From NCBI GenBank assembly GCA_963812135.1, contig CAWETU010000001.1, forward strand, positions 1,280,001-1,344,000: 64,000 nucleotides of DNA. The letters are read 5' to 3'. The stretch comes from Vulcanimicrobiota bacterium (GTDB lineage Bacteria > Vulcanimicrobiota > Vulcanimicrobiia > Eremiobacterales > Eremiobacteraceae). A program made the position numbers and the translations under genes. The notes under the pieces were generated by a model. It searched no databases and was not told the origin of the DNA. It worked only from the letters and a program-made list of their open reading frames with translations. How positions within the stretch are numbered: position 1 is the stretch's first letter; every line of letters starts with the position of its first letter. Shown here in pieces: positions 48,258-57,771 of this stretch.

Positions 48258-50103
48258 CTACATATGGCCCCATTGATCTTCGTAAAGGAAGTTGTTCGGA
48301 TCGACCTGGTGCGCTTGCGCTTGGGATCCTGTGAAGTCGCCGTCGACGACCCACGCGTTGATATGAATCGCCTGACCTTGCATGCCGGCGATGCAGAGAC
48401 GGTTCTCAAGCTCGGCGCCGCTCAACCATCCGTTCTTGGGGCCGTTCCCCGCTAACGTCTGCGTCAACTCAGGGCAAAACGGCGAAACGCTTCCGTAGTC
48501 GATGATCGCGGTGATGTGCTTCTTGATGTAGAGCTGTGTGATGGTCGACGTGGTCGCATACGTGTAGTGCGCGACGATGACGACGTGGCCCGGTTGAGCA
48601 TGTCCGAACAGGCTGTAGCTGGCGGAGCCGTCATCAACTTGGCCGCCGGGACGAGTCGGCCAGCCGAGTGGCGCGAGACTGATAAATGGCCGCAGCAGCA
48701 GACAGACCCAGCCGTGTCCCTTGCCTCGCCCGATGTTCATCCCGCCAGAACTGTCGCTGACAAGTAGGCCCTTGTCGACGCCGAAAACGTTGTCGGGAGG
48801 ATCGCACGACGACGAAGCTCGCCGTTGTCATCATCAGGCTTTGAACCGTTACTGTTCTGTCCGCCGTTGTTGCCGCCGCCACCCCCGCCGCTGCTGTCAT
48901 CCGGGCTCTGACCGGGGTTCGGCGAGTTACCGTTGTTCGGCGCCTGACCGGGATTTGGCGCGCCGTTGTTGCCATTCGGTTCTGAACCGGGATTCGGTGC
49001 ATTACCATCCGGAGGAATGCCGGGGTCATCCCCCGGTTTCGGATTCCAACCAAGCGCCTGAACCGCGCCGCCAGATAGCCGGCCCACCCGGTGCTGCCCA
49101 GGTCCGTTCCACCGAATCCGGCAGCGATCGCGTGCGGCAATCCGCGATTGCTCAAAGTCGCGAGTTGGACGCCGTTCGCAGACACGGCTTGGCGCGTGAC
49201 CCGAATCTCGAGCACGCCGGGGTTCAGATAGCCGCCCTTGTCGAGCATGCGCGCGTAGACGCTCGGCTTGACGATGCTCCACGGAGTCGGCGCCAGGTCG
49301 CCCGGGACTCGAGCGACGCCGATGGTCGCGAAGTCCCGCATGATCGAATCATAATCCGCCGCGTTGGCGATGAGCTCATTGCGGATGTCGCGCACCTGGA
49401 TGATACCTTGCCGACATCGCCCATCTGTCCGAGCGCAGCGTCAAAGCTGGGAACGCCCGGCACGTTGGATGAGATCTGACCCCAGTACCGCTGAAGCTTC
49501 TCGTAGAAGCTCTCCTGCATTCGCGATTTGAACTCGGGTAGAACCGTGTCCACGAGATGCCGCGAAGCAGGGGAAAGCTCTTGGTACTTCATCCCGGCCA
49601 GCAACGACCAGGTGAGGATTTGGACGTCATGGGGATTGTAGCCATAAGAAGTGCGAGCGAACAGCGCCGAGGCGATGTCGGCCCATTGCCCCTGGATCGG
49701 CGTGAGGCGGAACTTGTTGCGGGTCGGCACATGGACGTGCGCGAGCATGCAATAATTGAAGACGCTGATGGCATAGTCGCCGGCGGGAAAGAGCACGTGG
49801 CCGTCGCGTGAATGCGCGTACAGGTTCTAGACGACGTCTTGACTCACCGGACGAAAATGCCCGCCGGGCAGCGTCGCTACGATCGGATATTCCGCATCTG
49901 CGCTGAGGCGCAGGGGCTGCTCGAGGAAGAACTCATCACCCATCTTCTTGACGAGCTCTTTCGAAACAACGTCCTTTGCGGCTTGGTTCACAGAAGGAAC
50001 GCCAGGCACGCCTGGAATCCCTGGCAAGCCCGCCCGGGCAGGCCCCATCGTCAACGCGAGGATCAACGCCACGAGAGAGACGAAGTCGCAACAGCAGCTT
50101 CAT
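48258..50103 (-). pseudogene. Second thioester-domain-like secreted protein; in-frame TAG at 49827-49829 and several 1-bp frameshifts
   Basis: NYCML, VQILTW and VQAL; aligns by eye with the N-terminal domain of 25182-27061. Confidence 0.7.
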
Positions 50104-50136
50104 GTCGGTTTCGAACACCGCTTTCTGTCGAAGGCA

Positions 50137-50589
50137 TTATACCACGGGCCGGCGCGGCACGATCAGGCGCGCGATCTCGCTCAGCACCAGCTCGTCGTTC
50201 TGATTGCGGGTCGTCAGGCGCACGCTGACGATGCCGCGCGGCTGGCCCCGATCTGACGCTTTGACATCGACGATCTCCAACGTGACGCGCAGCGTGTCGC
50301 CTGGCCGCACGGGACGCGGCCAGCGCAGCTCGTCGATTCCGATCCCGATGATGCCGATCGCCGCCATGACCCCGCTATTCACGGTGAGCCGCATCGTGAG
50401 CGCAGCCGTGAACCAGCCGCTCGCGGTCAGTCCTTTGAAGATGCTCGCATCTGCCGCGGCGTCGTCGAGATGGAACGGCTGGGGATCGTAACGGCGCGCG
50501 AACGCCATGATCTCATCGCGCTCGACCAGCGCCGAACCGGCCTCGTGAACTTGGCCCGGTTCGAAGTCCTCGAGATAGCGGTAGGTCAT
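50137..50589 (-). CDS. MaoC family dehydratase
   Basis: YDPQPFHLD, ASGW, LRWPRPVRPGD. Confidence 0.9.
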   Translation of the reverse strand: MTYRYLEDFEPGQVHEAGSALVERDEIMAFARRYDPQPFHLDDAAADASIFKGLTASGWFTAALTMRLTVNSGVMAAIGIIGIGIDELRWPRPVRPGDTLRVTLEIVDVKASDRGQPRGIVSVRLTTRNQNDELVLSEIARLIVPRRPVV

Positions 50590-50636
50590 GCAGCCGCGCG
50601 TTCAAAGAACGCGCACGCACATCCTCGGACCCGGGC

Positions 50637-51971
50637 TTAAGCGGCCGTGACTGCGTCTTGCGTGCGGGTGGGCGCTTCGCGGATCTTGGGTTTGTCCGAG
50701 ATCAGCGGGAAGATGATCGCGACAAGCAGCATGATCGCCACCGGCAATAGCGCTCCGGCGAACGAGCCGGTCATGTCTTTGACCGTCGAGACGAATGCCG
50801 GACCCACCAACCCCGCACAGCCCCATGCTGTGATGTTCAAGCCGTAGTTGGCGCCGAAATGCTTGGTGCCGAAGAAGTCCGCGTTGAACGCGGGCATGAC
50901 GCCGAAGCCGCCGCCGTAGCACAATAGCACGATCGCGTACACGGCGGCCACCGCCGCGAGAGTATGCAGTTCGCCCAGAAAGAAGAAGAGGATCACCTGG
51001 ATCCCAAAGATCAGCGCGTATGAGAGACGCCGGCCGATGCGGTCGGACAGCCAACCCCAGAACAACCGTCCGAAACCGTTGAAAAACGCAAGATACGCGT
51101 AGGTCGCGATGACGACCGGCGCGCTGACCGAGGTGAGTTCCTGCATGATGCCGGTCGCGTTGGAGATGACGATGATGCCGGCGGTGACGTTCAAGAACAG
51201 CATGACCCACAGCAGATAGAACTGCGGGCTGCCGAGCATCTCGGCGGTCGTATAGGAAAGCTCGTCGTCGTTCGACGGGAAGCCGTGCACCGAGAAACCG
51301 TATGGCGGTTCGCGCAGCGCGAACGCGAAGATGCAGCCGAACACGATGAACGCGATCCCAGAATAGGTGAACAGATTCATGAAGTTCGCGATGACGTCGG
51401 GCTTGAGCGCGTATTGCGCCGCGTTGAAGGCGCTTTGCGATATCTCCGCGGCAGTGCGCGCGCTGATGAACGCCGCGGCCGCCTTGGCGGCGTTGGCGAA
51501 GGCAGGCAGGCTTCGGATCACGAGCCCGTAGATGGGCGCGCCGAGACCAAAGCCCATGATGACGAGGCCGCCCCCGAATCCGCGCGCTTCAGGAAACCAC
51601 TTGATGACGCTGGTCACGGCAGCGATGTACGCCATGCCGCAGCCCAGTCCGCCGATGACGCCGTACGTGATCCACAGCCACTCCACGCCGAAGCTCGCGG
51701 TGCCGTAGCCGGCGAGGATGTTGCCGAGGCCCCAGAGCGTGACGCCTACCAGCGCCACACTGCGCGTTCCCAGGCGGTATGCGAGGATGCCACCGAGCAC
51801 GCCGCCGAGGCCAAGGAAGAAGTTCGCCAAGGCGAAGCCCCAGGTCGTCTCGGTCGTGGTCCATTCGAAACCCGCCAACAGCGGCTGGGTGAAGAGGCTG
51901 TATGAATACAGCGCGCCCGGGCCGAGCATGACCATGATTCCGGCGAACGCCACGAGCCAGCGGTTTCTCAT
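50637..51971 (-). CDS. OFA (oxalate/formate antiporter-like) MFS transporter
   Basis: KWFP..RG, NGFGRLFWGWLSDRIGR, YGGGFGVMPA. Confidence 0.9.
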   Translation of the reverse strand: MRNRWLVAFAGIMVMLGPGALYSYSLFTQPLLAGFEWTTTETTWGFALANFFLGLGGVLGGILAYRLGTRSVALVGVTLWGLGNILAGYGTASFGVEWLWITYGVIGGLGCGMAYIAAVTSVIKWFPEARGFGGGLVIMGFGLGAPIYGLVIRSLPAFANAAKAAAAFISARTAAEISQSAFNAAQYALKPDVIANFMNLFTYSGIAFIVFGCIFAFALREPPYGFSVHGFPSNDDELSYTTAEMLGSPQFYLLWVMLFLNVTAGIIVISNATGIMQELTSVSAPVVIATYAYLAFFNGFGRLFWGWLSDRIGRRLSYALIFGIQVILFFFLGELHTLAAVAAVYAIVLLCYGGGFGVMPAFNADFFGTKHFGANYGLNITAWGCAGLVGPAFVSTVKDMTGSFAGALLPVAIMLLVAIIFPLISDKPKIREAPTRTQDAVTAA

Positions 51972-52155
51972 CAATACCCTCAAAGAAAACGTGATGCTAT
52001 GCTCACATTAGAACGTATTCGGACTATCGGCGTGACGCCGGCTGGACTTGCGCGACTGCTCTGTGTGACCGGTCACATGCCTGCGACGCGGCGGCGCGGC
52101 GGCGCGCGCCGATGTATACATCAAGAGGGTCCCATCGCAATCGCTCCGCGCTGGA

Positions 52156-54414
52156 GTGTCTACGAACCACATGAGATACGTAACGCACGCACCTCGGGAA
52201 GCGCCGTCGTCGCAGGTCTGGCTGACGATCGGGTTGGTCGTGTGCGTCCTGGCGTTCACCGGGGCGCTGTTCGGCACCGTGCTCGTCAACGCCGCGATCA
52301 CCGTCCGCTCGCAAGCCAACATCAAATTGGTGAACGTCGCCGCGCGCCAAAGCGAGCTCATGCAGCGCATGACGAAAGATCTCGCCGAGATGCAGCTCGC
52401 GCAACGCGCCAATCAGGCGCCGGCGCCGTCGACCGTGTCCGACCTGGCCGACGCGGCGAACACGTTCGAAGCGACGCTCAAAGCATTTGAAAGCGGCGGC
52501 ACGACCACCGATCTCGCAGGATCGCCGTTCGCTGTCGCACCCTTGAAGGGCGATTCCGAGATCGCCGCACTCTCGCAGGCACGCGCCGCATGGTCGCCGG
52601 TGAAGCAGAAGATCGCCGCCATCGTCGCTGGGCCGGTGACGCCGGCCGTCGTCGATGAAGCCGCCTCGGCCGCCACGGCGTCCGAGCGCCAGATCTCGAA
52701 CATGATGAGCGACGTCGCGCTCTCGATCGAGCGGACGGCGACGCAGAGCGCGAAGGATCTGACCTTCATGCGCAACCTGTTGATCGGGCTCGCCGTCATG
52801 TGCGTCGTGGTGATCGTCGCCATCCTCTTCACGCGCGTCACCGAAGGCCAGAACCAGATCCAGGTCTACGCGAGCTCGCTCGAGCTGCGCAACGATGAGC
52901 TCGCCGAAAGCTCCTCGGCCCTGGCCCAAGCCAAACTGGGCACCGACCTGATCATGGAGACGGTGCGCCAAGGACTGTTGCTCATCGGTCCGGATTATCG
53001 GATCGAGACCCAGTACTCGCGCGAGCTTGAAGACATCTTCCGGATGAAGGAGCTTGCCGGCTACCATTTCCTCAACATCTTGCAGCGCATCCTCACCGAG
53101 CGCATGTTCAACACCTCGCGCGATTATCTCGGCCTGCTCTTCGACCCGAAGAAGAAAGAACGCGCCGTCCTGAAGGTCAATCCGCTCGACGAGGTCGAGG
53201 TCAACTTCCCGAACCCCGAGGGCGGCTTCATCTCCAAGTACTTGGCGTTCTCGTTCCGCCGGATCGTGCAAAAACGCGAGATCACGCGGGTCTTCATCGC
53301 GGTGACCGACGTGACGGAGCGCGTGCAGCTGGAACGCCAACTGCGAGAATCGGAGCATCGCAAAGAGCGCCAGTTCGAGCTGCTGCTGGGCATCCTGCAC
53401 GTCGAGCCGCAGATGCTCGACGAATTCATCGCGGGAGCACAAGCGCGCACGCACGAGATGAACGATGCGCTCAAAGCGCAGGACTTTGCGGCGGCCTCGA
53501 GCGGCCAGATGAGCCTGTTGCGCCAGCGGCTTGACGTCGTCTTCCGCTGCGTGCACAGCATCAAAGGCAACGCGGCATTGCTCAACCTCGATTATTTCCA
53601 AAAGACCTGCGATGCGTTCGAGCAGAAGATCGTCGAGCTGCGTAACCGGCCCGCGCTCGGCGGCGACGACTTCTTGTCAATCGTCATCGCGGAGTCGGAT
53701 TTGCGCTCTGACCTGGCCGAGCTTCAGGATCTGCGTGAGAAACTGACCGGCATCCAGCGCGCGGTCGCAGGACCGGTCGCCGGCGCGCCTGCGTTCGCTG
53801 GAGTCGCGCCGCCTAAGCCCAATCGCGACGACGTCGTCGAAGCGATCAGCGGCCTGGCGCAGTCCCTCGCGCTCAAGCTGGGCAAGGACGTGCGCGTCCG
53901 CGCCGCCGGATTCGACACGCGTGCGCTGCCGCCAGAACTGCGGCGCACGGTCAAAGACGTGCTCATCCAGCTCACGCGCAACAGTCTTGCGCACGGCATC
54001 GAGGCGCCGGCCGCACGCGAAGCGGCGGGCAAGCCGAAGACGGCGACGATCGAGATCCGGCCGTTGACCGCTAGCGCACCCGGGTCGTTCGGCTTCGCGT
54101 TCCGTGACGATGGCCGCGGGCTCGATCCGGTGCGCATCAAAGAACGAGCGCTCGAGCTCGGCCTGGTCTCCAGCGACGAGGCCGCCAAGAGCGACGAGAG
54201 TCAGCTCGCACGATTCATCTTCGCGCCCGGCTTCACGACGAGCAACGGCGCGACGACCGACGCGGGGCGCGGTATTGGGATGGATCTCGTCAAGCACATC
54301 GTGGTCGACGATTGCGGCGGCGAGATCGGCGTCAGCTCGGATCCGGGGCGGTACTGCGAGTTCAGCTTCGTGCTGCCGCGCGCGCCGCTCGCCGTGCCGG
54401 TGCCGGTGGCGTGA
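52156..54414 (+). CDS. Membrane sensor + Hpt + CheA-type HATPase kinase lacking a CheW domain (start may be 52171)
   Basis: NVAARQSELMQRMTK sensor, two TM segments, FRCVHSIKGNA, RNSLAHGIE, DDGRGLD, FAPGFTT, GRGIGMD. Confidence 0.85.
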   Translation: MSTNHMRYVTHAPREAPSSQVWLTIGLVVCVLAFTGALFGTVLVNAAITVRSQANIKLVNVAARQSELMQRMTKDLAEMQLAQRANQAPAPSTVSDLADAANTFEATLKAFESGGTTTDLAGSPFAVAPLKGDSEIAALSQARAAWSPVKQKIAAIVAGPVTPAVVDEAASAATASERQISNMMSDVALSIERTATQSAKDLTFMRNLLIGLAVMCVVVIVAILFTRVTEGQNQIQVYASSLELRNDELAESSSALAQAKLGTDLIMETVRQGLLLIGPDYRIETQYSRELEDIFRMKELAGYHFLNILQRILTERMFNTSRDYLGLLFDPKKKERAVLKVNPLDEVEVNFPNPEGGFISKYLAFSFRRIVQKREITRVFIAVTDVTERVQLERQLRESEHRKERQFELLLGILHVEPQMLDEFIAGAQARTHEMNDALKAQDFAAASSGQMSLLRQRLDVVFRCVHSIKGNAALLNLDYFQKTCDAFEQKIVELRNRPALGGDDFLSIVIAESDLRSDLAELQDLREKLTGIQRAVAGPVAGAPAFAGVAPPKPNRDDVVEAISGLAQSLALKLGKDVRVRAAGFDTRALPPELRRTVKDVLIQLTRNSLAHGIEAPAAREAAGKPKTATIEIRPLTASAPGSFGFAFRDDGRGLDPVRIKERALELGLVSSDEAAKSDESQLARFIFAPGFTTSNGATTDAGRGIGMDLVKHIVVDDCGGEIGVSSDPGRYCEFSFVLPRAPLAVPVPVA

Positions 54415-54418
54415 CGGT

Positions 54419-54778
54419 ATGGCGATGAAACTGCTGATCGTCGACGATTCGAACGTCATCCGCCGCGCCATCACTCGGCAGGTCGCGTCGTCCGAATACG
54501 AGGTCCGATCGGCGGGCAACGGTCAGGAGGCGCTGCGCGTCTTCGACGAGTTCAACCCGGAGATCGTGACGATGGACATCACGATGCCCGAACTGGACGG
54601 GCTGTCGTGCGTCGAGGCGATTCTCAACCGTAACCAGGACACCAAGATCTTGGTGATCTCGGCGCTGGCCGACAAGGCCACGGCGGTCGAGGCCATCAAG
54701 CGGGGGGCACAGGGATTCTTACTCAAACCGTTCACAGCGGAGATGCTGCAAATCGAGCTCGCCGAGCTGCTGACGTAG
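54419..54778 (+). CDS. CheY-like single-domain response regulator
   Basis: LIVDDS, MDITMP, LLKPF. Confidence 0.9.
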   Translation: MAMKLLIVDDSNVIRRAITRQVASSEYEVRSAGNGQEALRVFDEFNPEIVTMDITMPELDGLSCVEAILNRNQDTKILVISALADKATAVEAIKRGAQGFLLKPFTAEMLQIELAELLT

Positions 54779-54801
54779 GCAACACCGAGGACGACCTCAA
54801 G

Positions 54802-55260
54802 GTGTTCGTCCACGGTGCGGCGCGCTTTTTCAGCAAGATCTCACCGGTGCCGGCGCAGGTCGGGACGCCGTTTTTGCGCGAGGAATCGGACCGGGTCATG
54901 TCCGACTTCTCGGCCGTCATCGGCATCTCGGGAAACCAGCGCGGCTGCGTGTACTACAGCGCGCCGCGCGAAATGGTGCTGGCGCTCGCAGACCTGTTCG
55001 GCGAATCGGATCTGTCGGACGACATCTGCGCTGATTTCGTCGGCGAGATCGCCAATACGATCTCGGGCAACGCGCGCGAACACCTCGGTCCAGGCTTCCT
55101 GATCTCCGTGCCGGTCGTCATCCGCGGCCGCGCCGACGACGTCCGGTTTCCCGATGATGCGCCCGCGTTCGTCATCCCGATCAGCTGGAGCGGCCACCGC
55201 TCGAGCCTGATCATCTGCCTGAAGGAAGAACCACGGCGACGGAGCCCACGCCCGCGATGA
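54802..55260 (+). CDS. cheX: CheX-like phosphatase 1 (homology begins about 54784)
   Basis: VIGISG, GEIANTISGNAR, ISVPVV. Confidence 0.85.
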   Translation: MFVHGAARFFSKISPVPAQVGTPFLREESDRVMSDFSAVIGISGNQRGCVYYSAPREMVLALADLFGESDLSDDICADFVGEIANTISGNAREHLGPGFLISVPVVIRGRADDVRFPDDAPAFVIPISWSGHRSSLIICLKEEPRRRSPRPR

Positions 55261-55727
55261 GCGACTCCGATCTGAAGATGTTCATCGACATCGTCACGCA
55301 CTATTTCAGCACAGTCGTGGGGGAACCGCCCGCGCTCGACGACCCCGTCATCGAGTTCACGGCTCCCAAACTGCTCGACTATAGCGGTTTCATCCAGATC
55401 TCGGGCAGCGACGATGGGTGCGTCTACATCACCGTCGCGCGTGATTTCGCGGCTGCGTTCCTGCGCCGCATAGGTGAGAACGCAAGCGACGACGAGCTGT
55501 TCAGCGATCTGGTCGGCGAGATGGCTAGCACCGTTGCCAGCAATGCGCGCGAGCGCTTCGGCAACCAGTTCCGCATCTCGGTCCCGCGCACGCACATCGG
55601 AGCGCAGCAGCCGGCGTTTACCTTGCCCCAGACGCGTTTCGTGCTGCCGATCAAATGGAACGGGCAGACCGCCCGGCTGGGCGTCGGCGTGTTCTCGAAG
55701 GTCGAGGCCGCGAGATCGCCGTCATGA
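55257..55727 (+). CDS. cheX: CheX-like protein 2 (ExxN changed to EMAS)
   Basis: GFIQISG, GEMASTVASNAR, ISVP. Confidence 0.8.
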   Translation: MSDSDLKMFIDIVTHYFSTVVGEPPALDDPVIEFTAPKLLDYSGFIQISGSDDGCVYITVARDFAAAFLRRIGENASDDELFSDLVGEMASTVASNARERFGNQFRISVPRTHIGAQQPAFTLPQTRFVLPIKWNGQTARLGVGVFSKVEAARSPS

Positions 55728-56626
55728 GCGCGGGCAAAGACGTCTTCAAACGCCCGCGCGATTTCGACGATCGCGCGCTCGGCGTGAGCTTGCGTCCCTA
55801 CGAATGGGAGGTCTTGCTCTCGCTCGACGGCCGCACGCCGCTCGTCCAACTGCTCCGGCACATGGGCCTCGAAGAGCTCGACGCGGACGACGTGGCCGAC
55901 GAACTGGGCGGCAAAGGCCTCATGGATCAATGCGTGGTCACGTACGGCGAGTTCATGCGCGAACGCGGCATGCCCGCCCAGGGGCCATCGCCCGCAATCG
56001 TCGCCTCCGCCGGGCTGCCGCCGCCAAGCGTTGCCCCGCCGAGCGTTGCGCCACCCAGCGTTGCGCCGCCCAGCGTTGCGCCACCCAGCGTTGCGCCACT
56101 CAGTGTTGCGTCACCGAGCGTTGCGCCGCCAAGCGCCGTCGCGCCCCCGACGTCGACAGCCCTGTCGCTCGACACGACGCCGGCGATGATCCCAACGCCG
56201 CCCGTGCCAGAGACGCCGGTGAAATCGCAGACGAATGGATCGACGACGCCCGCGCCGTCTCTGATCATCAGGGCAACGATCAAACCGCCGCCGCCCCGAC
56301 TTGCGTTCTCGCTCAAGCCTGGCTCGGCTGCGCCGCACATCGCGGTCGGCATCACCGGTTACAAGTTGAAACCGCTGTTCGACTTCATCATCGACAAGGC
56401 CGGCGGCGACGCGCTGCCGAAAGTCGCGGCGCAGCTCGCGGTGTATCGCGTCTTCCGGCGCGTGCCGCGCGAGTTGGTGCTCGCAGACAACATCCATTCG
56501 CTGAACATCGCCGACCCGACGATCGAAGTGCACAACAAGGAGCTGTACGACGCGATCATCCGGGCGATCGAAGCGACCTTCGGTGTGAAGTACGATTCAG
56601 ACAACGCCAACCGCGCCACCGGCTGA
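55724..56626 (+). CDS. Hypothetical two-domain protein with Pro-rich linker
   Basis: ATGA coupling; EWEVLLSLDG winged-helix-like N-terminus. Confidence 0.7.
   Translation: MSAGKDVFKRPRDFDDRALGVSLRPYEWEVLLSLDGRTPLVQLLRHMGLEELDADDVADELGGKGLMDQCVVTYGEFMRERGMPAQGPSPAIVASAGLPPPSVAPPSVAPPSVAPPSVAPPSVAPLSVASPSVAPPSAVAPPTSTALSLDTTPAMIPTPPVPETPVKSQTNGSTTPAPSLIIRATIKPPPPRLAFSLKPGSAAPHIAVGITGYKLKPLFDFIIDKAGGDALPKVAAQLAVYRVFRRVPRELVLADNIHSLNIADPTIEVHNKELYDAIIRAIEATFGVKYDSDNANRATG
56027..56131 (+). repeat. 15-bp coding tandem repeat (SVAPP-like x7)
   Basis: agcgttgcgccnccn units. Confidence 0.85.
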
Positions 56627-56775
56627 CCACCCGCGCTTCTCCGTGATCGTGCCCGCTCGCAACGAAGAGCGCTATATCGGCGCGTGCCTGGAGTCTATCC
56701 GAGTCGCGGCGCAACCTTAACCCGCTGCGTCCCGCCAATCGGGATGCGGACCCGTGTGGGGCAATATGCTAATGC

Positions 56776-56804
56776 TTGACGTATTACGCTAAGCGTAATA
56801 TGAT
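56776..56804 (+). promoter_or_regulatory. higBA-2 promoter with operator palindrome
   Basis: TTGACG-17 nt-TATGAT; TATTACGCT-A-AGCGTAATA; GTG 7 nt downstream. Confidence 0.8.
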
Positions 56805-56810
56805 ACACAT

Positions 56811-57086
56811 GTGATTGGGTCGTTCAAATGCAGCGACACCGAGGCGCTCTTCAACGGTGAGCGGGTACTCAACTTCAGACAGTTCGAGAGCCCGGCGCGG
56901 CGCAAACTGCAAATGCTTCACGCTGCAACTGAGCTACGCGATCTTAGATCGCCCGGAAGTCAACTGGAGAAACTCAAGGGAAACCGAGCGGGCCAATGGA
57001 GTATCAGAATCAACGCCAGATGGAGACTCTGCTTCGTTTGGAAGGATGGCGGAGCGCACGACGTTGAGATCACGGATTATCACTAG
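56811..57086 (+). CDS. higB: HigB toxin
   Basis: ARRKLQML, LEKLKGNRAGQWSIRINARWRLCF, EITDYH. Confidence 0.92.
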   Translation: MIGSFKCSDTEALFNGERVLNFRQFESPARRKLQMLHAATELRDLRSPGSQLEKLKGNRAGQWSIRINARWRLCFVWKDGGAHDVEITDYH

Positions 57087-57106
57087 AGGAAGAACGAGGG
57101 AAGAAA

Positions 57107-57418
57107 ATGAGCAAGGCAACGCGGCTGGCACCGATACACCCGGGAGAGATTCTCCGCGAGGAATACCTGAGGCCGATGAAGATGACGCCGAACGCTCTGG
57201 CGAAGGCGCTAAGTATGGACGCTCCAGCGATCTCGGACATCGTAAATCGCAAGCGCGGTATTACAGCGAAGACCGCGCTGCGTCTGGCGAAGTATTTCGA
57301 CACGACCCCAGACTACTGGATGAACCTTCAATCGCAATACGAACTCGCGACGGAAACGGAAACCTGTGGATCAACTATCGAGATGCAGGTAATCCCGATG
57401 GCGGCGCGCGCCCACTAA
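57107..57418 (+). CDS. higA: HigA antitoxin
   Basis: PIHPGEILREEYL, RGITAKTALRLAKYF, WMNLQ. Confidence 0.92.
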   Translation: MSKATRLAPIHPGEILREEYLRPMKMTPNALAKALSMDAPAISDIVNRKRGITAKTALRLAKYFDTTPDYWMNLQSQYELATETETCGSTIEMQVIPMAARAH

Positions 57419-57467
57419 TCCTAACGGAAAGAATCACAACAGCTCAGTCTGCTAAGCTACGGAGGTA

Positions 57468-57752
57468 TTGACGACAGTGCGAAAAGACAAAGCGTTATCA
57501 AAACGGGTGCAAGATAAACTCGATGGCTTCGAAATAGGGATGCGCCTTTGGGAAACAGCGCCCGACGAGCGTCGGCTTGAAAAGCGCTTCACGATTAACT
57601 TCCACATTTCGCTTTGCAACCTACCCGCAAAATGGCGAGAGGATGAATATGGTAGCGGCTACTGGCACACGCCGCTGGGGGACGCTCGAACATTCGGCGA
57701 TCTTCGAGTAATCTTACGCCGTATGTACGACGAGACCGGATTGGCCTCTTGA
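57468..57752 (+). CDS. Hypothetical protein
   Basis: GGAGG RBS before TTG, 94 aa. Confidence 0.5.
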   Translation: MTTVRKDKALSKRVQDKLDGFEIGMRLWETAPDERRLEKRFTINFHISLCNLPAKWREDEYGSGYWHTPLGDARTFGDLRVILRRMYDETGLAS

Positions 57753-57771
57753 AAACTGCTACGCTTGCTAG

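Noticed and set aside
49827..49829. Pyrrolysine readthrough of the TAG
   Set aside because: The gene has several other disruptions and no pyl or methyltransferase context.
52024..53601. Long antisense ORF (525 aa) and similar shadow ORFs (15-695, most of 1248-2357, 55474-56646)
   Set aside because: They overlap well-supported genes, lack motifs, and are expected at high GC.
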